In this document: one piece after another, positions 62,842 to 64,000 of the stretch
Layout: each line of letters opens with the position of its first letter
Numbering within the stretch: position 1 is the stretch's first letter
Assembly (NCBI GenBank): GCA_963729785.1
Contig: CAVSPM010000029.1
Location: forward strand, 104,748-168,747
Length of the DNA stretch: 64,000 bases
Direction: 5' to 3'
DNA from: an uncultured beta proteobacterium
GTDB lineage: Bacteria; Pseudomonadota; Gammaproteobacteria; Burkholderiales; Burkholderiaceae_F
Made by a program: the position numbers and the translations under genes
The notes under the pieces: model-generated
What the model was told of the DNA's origin: nothing
The model's database searches: none
Seen by the model: only the letters and a program-made list of their open reading frames with translations

Positions 62842-64000
62842 ATGAAGCGAGGCACGACTACGCGGGTATTGCACGCCGATCGGCTGGGCGGCGTCGAGCA
62901 CGGTGCGGCGCACAAGCCAATGCATACCGGCGTTGCCTTCGCCTACCCGACGGCTGCCGAACTGGCCGCCGTCTTCCAGGGGGAGAAGCCCGGCCATATC
63001 TACGCGCGGCAGGGCAATCCGACGGTCGCCGCACTCGAGACCAAGATCAGCCTGCTCGAAGACGCCCGGGGGACCGTTTGCTTCGGCACCGGCATGGCCG
63101 CGATCGCGGCGATCCTGGTCTCCTTGTTGCGCTGCGGCGACCATGTGATCAGCAGCCAGTTCCTGTTCGGCAATACCAACAGCTTGCTGCAAACGATGCA
63201 GGGCCTGGGGGTGACGGTCAGTTTCGTCGACGCCACCAGTGCCGCTGAGGTCGAGCAGGCGATAGGACCCAATACGCGCCTGGTATTTGTCGAGACCATC
63301 GCCAATCCGCGCACGCAGATCGCCGACCTGACCGGAATTGGCAAGGTCTGCGCGCAACACGGGCTGCTCTACGTTGTCGACAGCACGCTGACGACGCCGG
63401 CGCTGTTTTGTCCGCGCGACGTGCAGGCCAGCCTGGTGGTGCATTCGCTGAGCAAGGGCATTGGTGGTCATGGCGACGCCCTGGGGGGGTCGGTCACCGA
63501 CACCGGTCTTTACGACTGGACTCGATTCGGCAACCTTCACGCAGCCTACAAAAAGGGGCCGGCACCCGGCTGGGGCCTGCAGCAGATCCGCAAGCGGGGC
63601 TTGCGCGACTTTGGCGGCACCTTGCGCGCGGAGGATGCGCACCGCATCGCCCTGGGTGCCGAAACGCTCAAGCTGCGCATCGACCGGGTCTGCGAGAACG
63701 CGCTGGCCCTGGCGCGCTGGTTGCACGATCAGCCCCAGGTCGACCACGTCTACTACCCCGGCCTGGCCGATCATGAGCAGCATGAGCGGGCCAAGGCGCT
63801 GTTTCGGGGCTACGGCCCCCTGCTCAGTTTCGAGCTGGACGCCGGGGTCGACCATTTCCGGTTTCTCGACGCGTTGCGCCTGGTGATCTTGTCCAGTCAT
63901 CTGGCGGACAATCGCACCCTGGCCATCCCGGTGGCAGCGACGATCTACTTCGAAATGGGGCCCGAGCGGCGCGCGCGCATGGGTATCAGCGAGCGCCTGA
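62842..64000 (+). CDS. Cys/Met metabolism PLP enzyme (cystathionine gamma-synthase / O-acyl-homoserine sulfhydrylase family); runs off the window end
   Basis: Manual translation: MKRGTTTRVLHADR, YARQGNPT, FGTGMAAI, FVETIANP, VVDST, HSLSKGIGGHG, VYYPGL, SHLADNRTL. Confidence 0.92.
   Translation, partial: MKRGTTTRVLHADRLGGVEHGAAHKPMHTGVAFAYPTAAELAAVFQGEKPGHIYARQGNPTVAALETKISLLEDARGTVCFGTGMAAIAAILVSLLRCGDHVISSQFLFGNTNSLLQTMQGLGVTVSFVDATSAAEVEQAIGPNTRLVFVETIANPRTQIADLTGIGKVCAQHGLLYVVDSTLTTPALFCPRDVQASLVVHSLSKGIGGHGDALGGSVTDTGLYDWTRFGNLHAAYKKGPAPGWGLQQIRKRGLRDFGGTLRAEDAHRIALGAETLKLRIDRVCENALALARWLHDQPQVDHVYYPGLADHEQHERAKALFRGYGPLLSFELDAGVDHFRFLDALRLVILSSHLADNRTLAIPVAATIYFEMGPERRARMGISERL

Overview
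GC-rich chromosomal window. Gene content and style suggest a Burkholderiales-type betaproteobacterium (inference). I saw no rRNA, tRNA, CRISPR array, IS or phage genes. Most of it is recognisable metabolism: an OprB/MnoP-type porin (partial), a LysR-controlled protocatechuate/gallate 4,5-cleavage cluster with two LigAB-type dioxygenases, frmA, a LacI gene followed by a zwf-glk-pgl-edd-eda operon, class I aldolase, glgP, sdaA, a basic amino acid decarboxylase, galE, an orphan bcsQ, alphaproteobacterial-type serC-serA, a TonB receptor plus APC permease, liuB/liuD/liuE, RegB/RegA and a partial trans-sulfuration enzyme. The best novelty candidate is absent from the ORF track: a 41-aa double-glycine-leader peptide gene (2769-2894, minus; predicted core GITLCIL) with its own RBS and terminator-like hairpin. 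It is divergent from a 616-aa TPR + HD-GYP c-di-GMP phosphodiesterase, suggesting an RRNPP-like peptide-sensing module wired to c-di-GMP in a Gram-negative organism. Several intergenic gaps contain decayed gene remnants (two MFS transporters, DUF1697). Separately, many genes, especially at 10.5-14.1 kb, carry small indels that look like sequencing or assembly error.
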